A stretch of 64,000 bases of DNA, taken from assembly GCF_963921235.1 (NCBI RefSeq), contig NC_086097.1:53012001-53076000 (forward strand), in the 5' to 3' direction. The position numbers and the translations under genes are program-made. Shown piece by piece: positions 38,801 through 53,800 of the stretch. Positions within the stretch are counted from its first letter, which is position 1, and every line of letters begins with the position of its first letter. This DNA is from Mobula hypostoma (lineage: Eukaryota). The notes beneath the pieces were generated by a model. That model worked only from the letters and a program-made list of their open reading frames with translations. It was not told the origin of the DNA and searched no databases.

Positions 38801-41800
38801 TTGAATTGTACACTGGATACCATCTATCCAGGGCTTTTTATTACTGTGGCAGTCCTATATATGCGAGCCCTTTGGTTATAAAGGCTGACTGTCCATTAGA
38901 TTTTGTTTTCCTTTACTATAATCTATCTGTCAAATGTAGTCTGTACATGGACCTTTGCTATTCCAGTTCCCATCATTTAAAATTGCTTGATTCATACTAT
39001 TTACTGTAAAACAAAACATGCTTAGATAAAAACAGGTCACTTTTTTTCTATCACTTTATTAATGCTCTAAATTTATAATCTTGTATATACTTCTAATGCC
39101 ACAATTATTTATCTAATTGGTACACTAGATAATACAATTCTCTGGTAAAATAGATCAAACACTGTACTAGAAATAGGAAATAAAATAAAATGCTGAAGAG
39201 CCTGGGCAGATCAGGCAGCATCTGTGGAAAGAGAAACAGAATTCACATTTCAGGTTGAAGAACCATTGTCTGATTGGTTAATAGCAAGTGGGGAAAGTGG
39301 GATGGATAAGGCAATACCAGGGTATCCTGCAATAGAGGGAATTTATTTGATAGGTTAATAGAGGCAAATGGATAGAACCTGAACAAGAGAACTCAGAGAG
39401 CAGCTACTGTGTGAGAATGCAAAAGAATGTAAGTTGTAAAATGCAGAATGTTGGACATGTAGAGTAGGTCTGACTGTGCTAATGGGGAAAGAGAAACCGA
39501 GTTAATTTTACGGATGATTTGGCCAGTTTGTTACAGGTAAAAGAAAGTGAGTTTCCTGATGATACAGTATTTGATTGAATCTGGAGAGTTGCTATATGTC
39601 CAGGTAGAGGTTCTTCAAGCTGATGCTGAGCCACATTATAACAGAGCAGGAGGTCACAGACACACCAAATTGGAAAAAAATCTGGGATAGAGAATTAAAG
39701 TGGTGAGTAATAATCAGCTCAAGGACTGAATGTGGTGACCCAATTTGTATTTTGCTTTTCTTCATGTAAAGGGGACTGCGTTGTAAACATTGAACGTAGC
39801 TCACAAATTAATTCCTGCTTTACCTGAAAGAGTAGTTTGCGTGTCTGGGAGGAACGAGGTAAAAGAACAAGTGTTATGTCTCTTGTTGCTGCATGGCAAA
39901 ATGTTTGTAAGAAGTAGAGTGGGCCAGGAATTTAAGATATGAATTGCCCCTTCAGATTGTTAAAGTGGGAGAGATGAGGAAAGTGGCGCTTGTGGTGGAA
40001 ATTGTGTGGTCCAACATAAGGAACTGTACTTGAACCTGTTGGAGCCTTCCAGACCTGATATAGAATTCTACAGTTTTAGTTAAGTCAGAACTGGCCAGTC
40101 CATGCTTTTTTAGTATTTCTGCTTCCATTAGCGCTGCTGGGCATGTCCTGTTGCTCTGCATATCGCAACAACTTTGTTTCTTTGTGTTCACACACTCTGT
40201 GCTCATTTCATAGAAACATAGAAAACCTACAGCACAATACAGGCCCTTTGGCCCACAAAGCTGTGCTGAACACGTCCTTACCTTAGAACTACCTAGGCTT
40301 ACCCATAGCTCTCTATTTTTCTAAGCTCCATGTACCTATCCAGGAGCCACTTAAAAGATCCTATCATTTCCACCTCCACCACTGCCGCCGGCAGCCCATT
40401 CCACGCACTCACCACTCTCTGCATAAAAAAAAAACTTTTATGCAGACATCTGACATCTCCTCTGTACCTACTTCCAAGCACCTTAAAAATATGCCCTCTC
40501 ATGCTAGCCATTTCAGCCTTGGGATAAAGCCTCTGACTATCCACACAATCAATGCCTCTCATTATCTTGTATACCTTTATCAGGTCACCTCTCATCCCCC
40601 ATCGCTCCAAGGAGAAAAGGCCGGGTTCACTCAACCTATTCTCATAAGGCATGCTCCTAAGTCTCCTTTGCAACCTTTCTATGGTTTCCACGTCTTTCCT
40701 GTAGTGAGGCGACCAGAATTGAGCACAGTACTCCAAGTGGGGTCTGACCAGGGTCCAATATAGCTGCAACATTACCTCTCGGCTCTGAAACTCAATCCTA
40801 CAATTGATGAAGGCCAATGCACTGTATGCCTTTTTAACCACAGAGTCAACTTGCATAACAGCTTTGAATGTCCCATGAACTCGGTCCCCAAGATCCCTCT
40901 GATCCTCCACACTGCCAAGAGTCTTACCATTAATGCTAAATTCTGCCATCATATTTGACCTACCAAAATGAACCACCTCACACTTACCTGGGTTGAACTC
41001 TATCTGCCACTTCTCAGCCCAGTTTTGCATCCTATCAATGTCCCGCTGTAACTTCTGACAGCCCACCACACTATCCACAACACCCCCAACCTTTGTGTCA
41101 TCAGCAAATTTTCTAACCCATCCCTCCACTTCCTCATCCAGGTCATTTATAAAAATCACGAAGAGTAGGGGTCCCAGAACAGATCCCTGAGGCACACCAC
41201 TGGTCACCGACCTCCATGCAGAATATGATCCATTTACAACCACTTCTGTGGGCAAGCCAGTTCTGGGTCCACAAAGCAATGTCCCCTTGGATCCCATGCC
41301 TCCTTACTTTCTCAATAAGCCTTGCATAGGGTACCTTATCAAATGCCTTGCTGAAATTCGTATACACTATATCTATGGCTCTACCTTTATCAATGTGTTT
41401 AGTCACATCCTCAAATATTCAATCAGGCTCGTAAGGCACGACCTGCCTTTGACAAAACCATGCTGACTATTCCTAATCATATTATGCCTCTCCAAATGTT
41501 CATAAATCCTGCCTCAGGATCTTCTCCCATCAATTTACCAGCCACTGTATTAAGATTCACTGGCCTATAATTTCCTGGGCTATCTGACTCCCTTTCTTGA
41601 ATAAGGGAACAAAATCGGCAACCCTCCAGTCCTCTGAAACCTCTCCCGTCCTCATTGATCATGCAAAGATCATTACCAGAGGCTCAGTAATCTCCTCCCT
41701 CGCTTCCAACAGTGGCCTGGGGTACATCCCGTCCGGTCCTGGTGACTTATCCAACTTGATGCTTTCCAAAAGCTCCAGCACATCCTTTTCCTTAATATCT

Positions 41801-44800
41801 ACATGCTCAAGCTTTTCAGTCCGCTGTAAGTCATCCTTACAATCGCCAAGATCCTTTTCCGTAGTGAATACTGAAGCAAAGTATTCATTAAGTACCTCTG
41901 CTATCTCCTCGGGTTCCATACACACTTTTCCATTGTCACACTTGATTGGTCCTATTCCCTCATGTTTTACCCTCTTGCTCTTCACATACTTGTAGAATGC
42001 CTTGGGTATTTCCTTAATCCTGTCTGCCAAGGCCTTCTCATGGCCCCTTCTGGCTCTCCTAATTTCATTCTTAAACTCCTTCCTGCTAGCCTTATAATCT
42101 TCTAGTTTTCTATCATTACCTACCTTTTGAACCTTTCGTCAGCTCTTCTTTTCTTCTTGACTAGATTTACAATAGCCTTTGTACATCACGGTTCCTGTAC
42201 CCTACCATCCTTTCCTTGTCTCTTTGGAACCCCATGCAAATATCCCCTGAACTTTTACCACATTTCTTCCATACATTTCCCTGAGAACATCTGTTTCCAA
42301 TTTATGCTTCCAAGTTCCTGCCTGATAGCCTCGTATTTCCCCTTACTCCAATTAAACATTTCCCTAATTCTTATTAGTAAAATCTTTGTTCAGATTCCTT
42401 CTAACTGCCCTTTTAATACCTTGGCTTGATGAACTTATTGCAGTTTATCTCCACGTCAAACCTAGCCTTGCCTTTTCAGAAATTTAATATTGTCTGATCC
42501 ATCACTTCCCCCACCAACTCTGTACCTTGCTCTTTCGCCAATCTTCACTGTACATTGTTAACTCTGTTGTCTCTCCACGGATGTTGCCTGGTGTGGATTC
42601 ATACATATCTAATCCAGTTATTATCCCATTTACTGTCAATTGATCTTTAGTCTTCTATGCACTGGCAATTCAGGTATTCATCTACTTTTTAAATGTTGTG
42701 AAAGTACCTGTCTCCACCACCCACAATATTTTCCAGGTACTAAGCACTCTCGATGAAAATGTTTTTCCTTGGATCCCCTGTAAGATTCCTACTCTTCAAA
42801 GGTAGTAATTTCTGGATTGCTGAGTGTGCCATGTGCCAGTGAAGGTAGAAAAGCAATGATTAGGTAAGTTAATGCATGGCTGAGAACCTGGTGCAGGTGG
42901 CAGGGCTTCAGGTTCTGGGTTCATTGGGATCTTCTGGGGAAGGTATGACCTGTTCAAAAGTGACGGGCTGCACCTTAACCCAGGGAAAGCAATATTCTTG
43001 CAGCAGGTTTGTTAGAACTGTTGGGGAGGGTTTAAGCTAATTTGGCTGGGGGTGGGAACCAGAGTGAAGGGACTTAGGACAGGATGGATGGTAAAAAAAA
43101 ACAAAGATAGCATGAAGTCAGGCTGTTAGGGTGGGCAGGCAGATTATAGGACATTATTGTAGCCAGCAGGGTGCGTACTAGGCATGTAGACCATAAGACC
43201 ATAAGACAAAGGAGCAGAAGTCGGCCATTTGGCCCATCGAGTCTGCTCCGCTATTTTATCATGAGCTGATCCATTTAGTCCCACTCCCCCGCCTTCTCAC
43301 CATAACCTTTGATGCCCTGGCTACTCAGATACCTATCAATCTCTGCCTTAAATACACCCAATGACTTGGCCTCCACTGCTGCCCATGGCAACAAATTCCA
43401 TAGATTCACCACCCTCTGACTAAAAAAATTTCTTCGCATTTCTGTTCTGAATGGGCGCCCTTCAATCCTTAAGTCATGCCCTCTCGTACTAGACTCCCCC
43501 ATCATGGGAAACAACTTTGCCACATCCACTCTGTCCATGCCTTTTAACATTCGAAATGTTTCTATGAGGTCTCCCTTCATTTTACTAAACTCCAAGGAAT
43601 ACAGTCCAAGAGCGGACAAATGTTCTTCATATGTTAACCCTTTCATTCCCGGAATGTAGAATCACAAAGGGTAGCAAATACAGTACACAGTAATGTACAC
43701 AGTCAGGATAGATCTGTAGAGTCTCTCAAAAGCAGAGGTGAGGAGTATGCCTCATGTTCAACTCTTCTTGGTGCACAAATATATCAGTGCTGTCCCAATT
43801 CTGCTCACCAGACATGGAATATCTAGCAATTAGTGCCATCCTTTTTTACCTACAGTGGGAGATCGCCAGGATCTTTTTGGTAGAAGTATACATTCCAGTT
43901 CAGGCCAATGTCAATCAGGCTTTAGATGATCTGAGCAGTGGAATTAACGTGCACAAAACAGCGCACCCTAACGCCTTCACCATCATCTTGGGGGATCTTA
44001 ACCAGACCAGTCTGAAAAAATCACTTAGCAATTACCATCAACAGATCACGTGTAATACTAGAGGAAACAACACACTGGACCACTGTTACACTGCCTACCG
44101 TGCTATTCCACGCCCTCACTTTGGGAAGTCTGATCACCTGGCTGTACTTCTACTCCCTGAGTATAGGCAGAGACTGAAGACTGCAGCACCAGTAGTGAGG
44201 ACCAAGAAGGTATGGACAAGGGAAGCACAGGAACATTTACAGAACTGCTTTGAATTAGTGGACTGGTGTCACGTGACCAGCAACAATGAATATATAATTG
44301 AGTCAGGTTTTTAAAACAAACAAACATTTATTAAACTCTGCTCAACAATAGCGAAAAGTATTCAAACGACTAAGTTAACCAGAAGTTAACTGCTATACGG
44401 CAACTCTGGAACAGTTCTTAAAGTGGTAAATTCGAATACAGTCTTAAAGTGGTAAATTTGAAAGTTCAAGTGATTTACACAGTCAATAAGGAGAGACTTC
44501 TCTGGAAACAGATTTCTTCGAAGACGTGATGTTACTGCTGATTCTGTCCAAAGGATTCACGACGAAGGAAATAAAACGGCTTAAAGAAACTGATCTTTTC
44601 CTGGTGAATGAACACTGCACAAACCTTTCTGATATTACAGGGGTTAGCTCAGATGCAGGTCACTATTTCTGAATGAAGATTCAATAAGGTCGATCCTTTA
44701 TGAAACTGCCGTATGACACCAACTTTCCTCAATCCTTCAGGTTCCCGTACTTTAGTAAAGTCTTCACTCTCCAAAACTAGACTTACAATAGAAAGTAAAA

Positions 44801-47800
44801 CTCCACTTTAAAATGAAACTGTGTCATGAGTTGAATACATAGCGTAACAGAGAAACTGACGAATTAAACAACAAATCAATTGCGTAACAACAGGGGTTTC
44901 CCATTATATACCTGTTGAGAACATGTCATCACGTGACCTCACTGGCGGGAAAATTACATCACCCCACCAGCGCAAGACTGTTACATCATGCTCACAAGAT
45001 ACTCAGTTACATCATGGTCATAAGACAGTCACAAGATACCCATGAGGTATGTAACACTGGTTTGTATTCAGGGATTCATCTTCGAATCTGGATGAGTGTG
45101 TGCCCACAAAGGCTTACTGTATGTTCCCAAACCAAAAGCCGTGGATGAACTAGGAGATACATTGTCTGCTGAAGGCTAGATCTGTGGCATTCAAGTCTGG
45201 CGATTCAGGCCTGTATCAGAAAACCAGGTATGATTTGTGGAGGGCTATTTCAACGGTGAAGAGACAGTTTCAAATGAGGTTGGAGGTGACATCGGATGTA
45301 CGACAACTTTGGCAGGGTTTACAAGGCATTACTTGTTACAAAGCAAAACCCAATAGCATGAATGACAGCGATGCTTCACTACCAGATGAACTCAATGCCT
45401 TTTATGCCTGCTTTGAATGGGAGAATATAACTACAGCTGTGAAGATCTCTGCTGCAGCTGATGACCCTGTGATCTCTGTCTCAGAGGCTGATGTTAGACT
45501 GCCTTTAAAGAGAGTGAACCCTCGCATGGCAGAAGGTCCTGATGGAGCACCTGGTAAGGCTCTGAAAACCTGTGCCAACCAACTGGTGAGAGTATTCAAG
45601 AACATTTTCAACTTCTTACTGCTGTGGGTGGAAGTTCCCACTTGCTTCAAAAAGGTAACAATTATACCAGTGCCTAAGAAGAATAACGTGAGCGGCCTTA
45701 ATGACTATCACCCAGTAGCACTCACATCTGCAATGATGAAATGCTTTGAGAAGTTGATCATGACTAGACTGAACTCCTGCCTCAGCAGGGACCTGGACCC
45801 ATTTGCCTATCACCACAATAGGTCAACAGCAGATGCGATCTCAATGGCTCTCTACACGGCTTTAAACCGCCTGGACAACACAAACATGTACGTCAGGATG
45901 CTGTTCATCGACCAGAGCTCAGCATTTAATACCATCATTCCCACAATCCTGATTGAGAAGTTACAGAACCTAGGCCCCTGTACCTCCCTCTGTAATTGGA
46001 TCCTTAACTTCCTAACTGGAAGACCACAATCTCTGTGGATTGGTGATAACATCTCCTCCTCACTGATGATCAACACTGGTGCACCTCGGGGGTGTTTGCT
46101 TAGCCCACTGCTCTTCTCTCTCTGTACCCATGACTGTGTGGCTAGGCATAGCTCAAATACCATCTATAAATTTGCTGATGATACAACCATTGTTGGTAGA
46201 ATCTCAGATGGTGACGAGAGGATGTACAGGAGCAATATATGCCAACTAGTGGAGTGGTGTCGCAGCGACAATCTGGCACTCAACGTTAGTAAGACGAAAG
46301 AGCTGATTGTGGGCTTCAGGAAGGGTAAGATGAAGGAACACAAACCAATCCTCATAGAGGGATCAAAAGTGGAGAGAGTGAGCAGTTTCAAATTCCTGGG
46401 TGTCAAGATCTCTGAGGACCTAACCTGGTCCCAAAATATTGATGCAGCTATAAAAAAGGCAAGGCAGCGACTATACTTCATTAGGAGTTTGAAGAGATTT
46501 GGTATGACACCGAATACACTCAAAAATTTCTACAGATGTACCATGCAGAGCATTTTGACAGGCTGCATCACTGTCTGGTATAGGGGGGACTACTGCACAG
46601 GACCGAAAGAAGCTGAAGAGGGTTGTAAATTTAGTCGGCTCCATCTTGGGTACTAGCCTACAAAGTACCCAGGACATCTTCAAGGAGCGGTGTCTCAGGA
46701 AGGCAGTGTCCATTATTAAGGACCTCCAGCACCCAGGGCATGCCCTTTTCTCACTGTTACCATCAGGTAGGAGGTACAGAAACCTGAAGGCACACACTCT
46801 GTGAGTCAAGAACAGCTTCTTCCCCTCTGCCATCTGATTCCTAGATGGACGTTGAACCCTTGAATACTACCTCACATTTTTTAATATATATTATTTCTGT
46901 TTTTTGCATGATTTTTAATCTATTCAATATATGTATACCATAATTGATTTACTTACTGATTTATTATTTTTTCTATGTTATGTATTGCATTGAACTGCTG
47001 CTGTTAAGTTACAAAATTTCACGACACATGCTGGTGATAATAAAGCTTATTCTGATTCAGTGCACGGAATATAAAAAATAAGGTGGATGATCTTGTTGCA
47101 CTATTTCAGATTGTCATGTATAATGGTGTGGCCATCACTGAATCATGGCTGAAGGATGGTTGTAGTTGGGAGCTAAATGTCCAAAAATACATGTCCAAGA
47201 CTACTTCCTACAGGGATAGGAAGGTAGGCAGAAGGAGTGGAGTGGCTCTGCTGGTAAAGAATGGCATTAAATCAGTAGAAAGCTGTGACATAGGATTGGC
47301 AGATGCTGAACCCTTGTTGATTGAGTTAAGAAACTTAAAGGGTAAAAAGACCCTGATGGCAGTTATATACAGGCTTATAACAGTAGCTGGGCTGTGGGCC
47401 ACAGATTACAACAGGAAATAGAAAAGGCGTGTCAGACGGGCAATGTTATGATAATCATGGGAGATTTCAACTTGCAGGTTGATTGGGAAAAATAGGTTGG
47501 AAATGGATCTCAAGAGAGTAAGTTTGTTGAATGCATACGAGATGGATTTTTAGAGCAGTGTGTCATTGAGCCTACTAGGGGATCAGCTACATTGGTTTGG
47601 GTGTTATGTGATGAACTGGAGCTGATTAGGGAGCTTAAGGTAAAGGAACCCTTAAGGACCAGTGATCACAATATGATTGACTTCAACTTGAAATTTGATA
47701 GGGAGAGAGTTAAGTGTGACGTAGCAGTATTTCAGTGGAGTAAAGGAAATTACTTTATTGGTATGTGAGAGGAGTTGGAAAAAGTAAGTTGTAAGGATTT

Positions 47801-50800
47801 GCTGGCAGGGATGACAGCAGAGCAGCAATGGCATGAGTTTCTGGGGAAAATGAAGAAGGTGCAGGATAGATGTACTGTATTCCGAAAATAAAGAAACACT
47901 CAAATAGCGAAACAGTACAACTGTGGCTGATGAGCGAAGTCAAAGCTAATGTAAAAACAAAAGAGAGGGCATACAACAAAGCAACAATTAGTGTGAAAAG
48001 AGGATTGGGAAGCTTAGAGAGCAACTAAAAGAATCATTAAGAGCGAAAAGATGAAATATGAAAGAAAGCTTGCAAGCAATATCAAAATGATAGTAAAAGC
48101 TTTTTCAAGTATGTAAAAAATAAGAGAGATGAGAGTGGATATAGGACCTCTAGAAAATAAGGCTGGAGAAATAATAATGGAGGACAAGGAGATGACAGAT
48201 GAACTAAGTGATTATTTTGCATCAGTCTTCACTGTGGAAGACACTTAGCAGTGTGCCAGATGTTGAAGGGTATGAGGGAAGAGAAGTGAGTGCAGTTACT
48301 ATTACAAGGGAGAAGGTGTTCAAAAAGCTGAAAGACCTAAGGGTACATAAGTCACCTGGACCAGATGAACTGCATCGTAGGGTTCTGAAAAAGGTAGCAG
48401 GAGAGATTGTGGAGGTATTTATAATGATCTTTCAAAAATTATTGCACTCTAGCATGGTGCTAGAGGATTGGAAAACTGCAAATGTCATTCCACTCTGTAA
48501 GAAAGGAGGAAGCCAGCAGAAAGGAAATTATGAACCAGTTAGCCTGACCTCAGTGGTTGGGAAGATGTTGTAGTCAGTTGTTAAGGATGAGGCTATGAAG
48601 TACTTGGAGGCACAGGATAAGATGGGACAGAGTCGGCGTAGTTTCCTTGAGGAAAAATCTTTCCTGATAAATCTGTTGGAATTCTCTGAGGAGATTACAC
48701 GTAGGATAGATAATGGGGATGCAGTGGATATTGTATATTTGGACTTTCAGAAGGCCTTTGACAAAGTGCCACACGTGAGGCTGTTTACCAAGTTAAGAGC
48801 CCACGGTATCACAGGAAAGTTACTGGCATGATTAGAGCATTGGCTGATTGGTAGGACACAGCGAGTGGGAATAAAAGGATCCTTTTCTGGTTGGCTGCCA
48901 GTTACTAGTTGTGTTCCACAGAGGTTGGTGTTGGGACAGCTTATTTTTTATGCTGTATATCAATAATTTAGGTGATGGAATAGGTGGCTTTGTTGCCCAG
49001 TTTATAGCTGATATGAAGATTGGTGGAGGGGTAGATAGTGTTGCTGACACAGGTTAGATGCTGAAGGACTTAGATTAGGAGAATAGGCAAGAGATTGGCA
49101 AATACAATGTTGAAAGATGCATGGTCATGCACATTGGTAGAAGAAATAAATGTGCAGACTATTTTCTAACCAAGGAGAAAATCCAAAACTCTGAGATTCA
49201 AAGGGACTTGGGAGTCCCTGTGCAGAACACCCTAAAGGTTAACTTGCAGGTAGAGTCGGTGGTGAGGAAGGCAGATGCAATGTTAGCATTACTTTCAAGA
49301 GGTTTAGAATACAAGAGCAAGGATGTGGTGCTGAGGCTTTATAAGGCACTGGTGAGACCTCACCTTGAGTATTGTGAATAGTTTTGGGCTCCTCATCTAA
49401 GAAAAGATGTGCTGGCATTGGAGAGGGTTCAGAGGAGGTTCATAAGGATGATTCCAGGAATGAAAGGGTTATCATACTAAGAATGCTCGACAGCTCTGGG
49501 TCTGTACTCACTGGAATTTAGAAGGATGAGGGTGATCTCATTGAAACCTTTTGAATGTTGAAAGGCATAGAAGAGTAAACGTGGAAGGGATATTTCCCGT
49601 GGTGGGAGAGTCTAGGACAAGAGGACATTGGCTCAGGATAGAGGGGCGCCCATGTAAAACAGAGATGCAGAGAAATTTTTTTAGCCAGAGGGAGGTGAAT
49701 TTGTGGAATTTATTATCACAGGCAGCTGTGGAGGATAGGTCATTGGGTGTATTTAAGGCAGAGCTTGATAGGTTCTTGATTGGACTCGGCATCATAGGTT
49801 ACGGGAAGAAGGCCAGGGAGTGGGACTAAGGAGGGGAAAATAGGATCAGCCGTGATTGAATGGCGGAGCAGACTCGGTAGGCTAAATGGCCTAATTCTGC
49901 ACCCTGCTATTCATTGTGTATGTCTTACCCAGTTAGTCTTCCCAATTTGCATCACTTCACTCATACCAGGATTAAATTTACACTGCCAATCTACCCAATA
50001 ATCAATATCGTGGTCATTATCAACAATGCCAATTTTTGTGACATCTGTGGACTTGGTAATTACACTATTTATATTCACACCTAAAGCATTAATTATTTGC
50101 TGAATACTTCCAGCTATTTCTGTTTTTATTACATGACACACCACTTTGTTGTAAATTGTAAATATGACAAAGAATTTGAAACTTCAGCATTGGTCTGTGT
50201 GGTTCATCACCTGCCACTTAGTCATAGAGTTATACAGCATGTAGACAGGTCCTTTGGCCCATAGCCTTCTAAACCTCTCCTATTCATTTATCTAAGTGGT
50301 TTTTAAACATTGATAATATGCTTGCATCAACCACTATTTCTGCCAGCTCATTTCAAATAGGCGCTACCGATTGCATGAAGAAGCTGCCCTTTTAAGTATC
50401 TTATCTCTGATCTTAAATCTATGCCCCGTTGATTTTAGCACCCCCCCCCCCCGGAAAAAGATTAAAAGATTGTATTTTCATATTGTCTATGTCCCTCGTG
50501 ATCTTATTTAACTCTAATATGTCACTTCTTAATGTTCTATGTTCCAGGGAATAAATTTGTAATCTATACCACCTGACCTTGTCATTCACCCCAGTTTAAG
50601 CAATATCCCAGTAATTTTTTTCTGTGTTTTTAGTTTAATAACATCTTTCCTATAGCAGGCTGGCTCAAACTACACAATACTCCCAAGTGCAGCCTCAGTG
50701 ACATCCTGTAGCTGCAGCATAACTGACCAATTTTTATATTCTGCCTTGACTGCTAGTGTGCCAAGCACCTTCACCACCACCCTATATCTTCCTGTGATGC

Positions 50801-53800
50801 TACTTTCAGCAAACTATATGCACTTGCATTCCTAATTCCTTCTGTTCCCATAACACCCTCTATGGCCCTACCATCTACTGTACAAGTCCTACCCTGGTTT
50901 AATCTCCTGAAGTACAATACCTCACAGTTATCTAGATTGAAAGCCTTCTTTTGAATTTGAGCATATAATTAATTGTCTCTTGTCTCTTCTGTCTGGCTTT
51001 TGACCACTGTAACCAAACAATTTATTTCGCCTTAAATTAAGTCACTCATCATTTTCTGGGTATTCACATGGTTTCGATACATAACCATTCCTCTGAATAC
51101 TTTAGCTAAATGATGACAGTTTGTTAAACATGATCTGTTTTGTACAAATCCAATTTAGATCTCCATAATCAGTTCAGATTTCTCTGTCAAGTAATTGTGT
51201 CAGTTTTTAATTTCAATAGCTTGTCCATGAGACCAGTTAACTGCCTGACCTCATCTTTGGATTTGAAGTGCTGTACTGTGCTTGAGCTGTGCCTTAGCAA
51301 GGATTTGATTTAACTAGATTTTGTATTTGTCAAAAATAATGGCTCACAAATGATGGACCAAATGACATGCCTATGAGTCAACACATTGAATATTAAAACA
51401 TTGAAAATAAAATTGAAAGAATTAATTTACTTAGACTTTATTCAGTAGAATCTACTAAAATAATTCACAATTAATTTGTAATTACAACTTTAACAGCATA
51501 TCTACTACAACCCTCCTACCAGTTATCAGCTGGTGGACTAATGCTTAGATGGAATAAGTAGGAAGAATTTTGTTCCCTTAGCGGATGAGTTGAACGGCAA
51601 AGAGCATACATTTAAAGTAATGTATGGCTGCCAACATCGCTGCCTGTCTCCCAGATGAGCTAAATCTGAACCACTGAGGAGAGCCGCCTGCACCTTGGTC
51701 ATCTCTGAGGCTGAAGTTTGCAAGTGTTTCCAATGAGTGAACAACCGCAAGGCTGCGGGACCAGATGGCATCCCAGGACGGGTACTCAGAGTATGCGTGG
51801 CACAGTTGGCTGGCGTGTTTGCAGACATTTTTAATCTCTCCCTATCCCAATGCAGAGTCCATTGTCCCTGTACGTAAAAAGACCAAGGTAACATGTCTGA
51901 ACAACTGGTGTCCTGTTGCACTCACCTCAAAGCTAATGTTTTGAGAGGCTGGTCAGCAACTACATCTGCAGCATGCTGCCACCCGCACTGGACCCCCTAC
52001 AACTCATGTACCAACACAGCCGATTGAGAGATGACGCAATAGCCACAGCTCTACACACCTGGAGAGGAGGGATGTTTATATGAGAATGCTGTCCTTGGAC
52101 TACAGTTCGGCATTCAACACCATAATTCCTTCCAGGCTTGACAAGAAGCTCAGAGACCTCAGCCTTCACCCTGCCCCCCAGGGCTGTGTCTTAAGCCCCC
52201 TCCTTTACTCTCTGCACACTCCTGACTGTCTCTCCACCCACAGCTCCAATCTGCTAATTAAATTTGCAGGTGATACTACATTGATTGGTCTTGTCTCAAA
52301 TAATGAGGCAGCCTATGTCGATCTGCTTCTTTACCAGAGCACTTTAGGTTCAGACTCAAGGAATAATTGTTAAATATAGTTTACTTAAAATTACATACTG
52401 TTTGTTAGCAAGCTTGCGTCGCTCAGTTGACGAAACAGAGTCCCTGCTCACCGAGCCTGGGAAAATCTGCAATCAAGTGAGCCCCCGAGTACGGTCTGGC
52501 TGCTGTTATAGGTCCATTATCACATACATACTTTGATAAGGGTAGACATAGAAGCTTTCTCATGCAACAAACACTTTGTTGTTCATACATTATTCTCACA
52601 CACGACTTGTCAAGCTGCTAATAAGTCAGTTAGGTTTTAGCCCTTTTAATTCTGCATATAATTCCTCACGTTCAGAGAAGACCCTGACACCTTGGTTTCA
52701 AGAAAACAACCTCTCCCTCAATGTTGCAGAAACAAGGATGCTGGTTGTGGATAACAGGAGGAATGGAGACAGGCTTACCTCTATTGATATCAATGAATCT
52801 GGGGTTGAGAGGGTGAACAGCTTCAAGTTCCTCAGTGTACACATCACAGAGGATCTCACTTGGTCTGTACACACTGGCTGTGTGGTGAAAAAAGCACAAA
52901 AGTGCCTATTTCACCTCTAAGACAGTTGAAGAAGTTCGACATGAGTCCCCAAACCCAAAAGACTTTCTACAGGGGCACTACTGAGAGGACCCTGACTGGC
53001 TGTATCACTGCCTGGTATGGGACCTGTACCTACCTTAATCACAGGACTGTAGAGAGCGGTGTGGACAGCCCAGCGCATCTGTGGATGTGAACTTCCCACT
53101 ATTCAGGACATTTACAAAGACAGGTACATAAGGATCACTGGGGCCCCGAGTCACCCTAACCACAAACTGTTCCATCTGCTGCCATCTGGGAAATGGTACT
53201 GTAGCATTAAAGCCAGGACCAACAGGCTCCGGGATAGCTTCTTCCACCAGACCATCAGACTGATTAATTCACACTGCCGCAATTGTGTTTCTAAGCTATA
53301 TTGACTTCTGTTGTATATCTTACTGTACATACTATTACAAATTACTATAATTTGCACATTGCACATTCAGACGAAGATGTAACGTAAAGATTTTTACTCT
53401 TGCATGTGAAGGATGTAAGAAATAAAGTCAATTCAATTTAGTTGATGGAAGAGTTTGGAATTTTTTTCATGTTAAGTAGTAGGTTCAAGTTTATTATCAT
53501 TCAACTGTACATTTGTATACAACATTCCTCTGGGACCAAGGTGGAAAACAGTGCATATATCACATACAGCACATAAAATAATATTAACACAATAACATTA
53601 ACCAGTAATAATAAAAAAAATCTGTAGATGTAGGAATCTGGAACTTGCTATCTGAAAGGGTGCTAGAAGCAGAAACTGTCATCTGATTTGAAATGTTATT
53701 GTATGAATACTTGAGGAGCTATAACTTGGTGGTCAAGGTGGAATGAGTTTTTTTTGTAATCAGCATTGATACAGTGAGCCACATAACAACCTTTTTATTT

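Larger units (their letters stand above)
42800..49910 (+). mobile_element. Degraded CR1 (ORF1 esterase end 42800-43190, ORF2 47060-49830) hosting nested insertions
   Basis: GACGGGCTGCACCTTAAC (DGLHLN); [27 protein letters not shown]. Confidence 0.85.
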
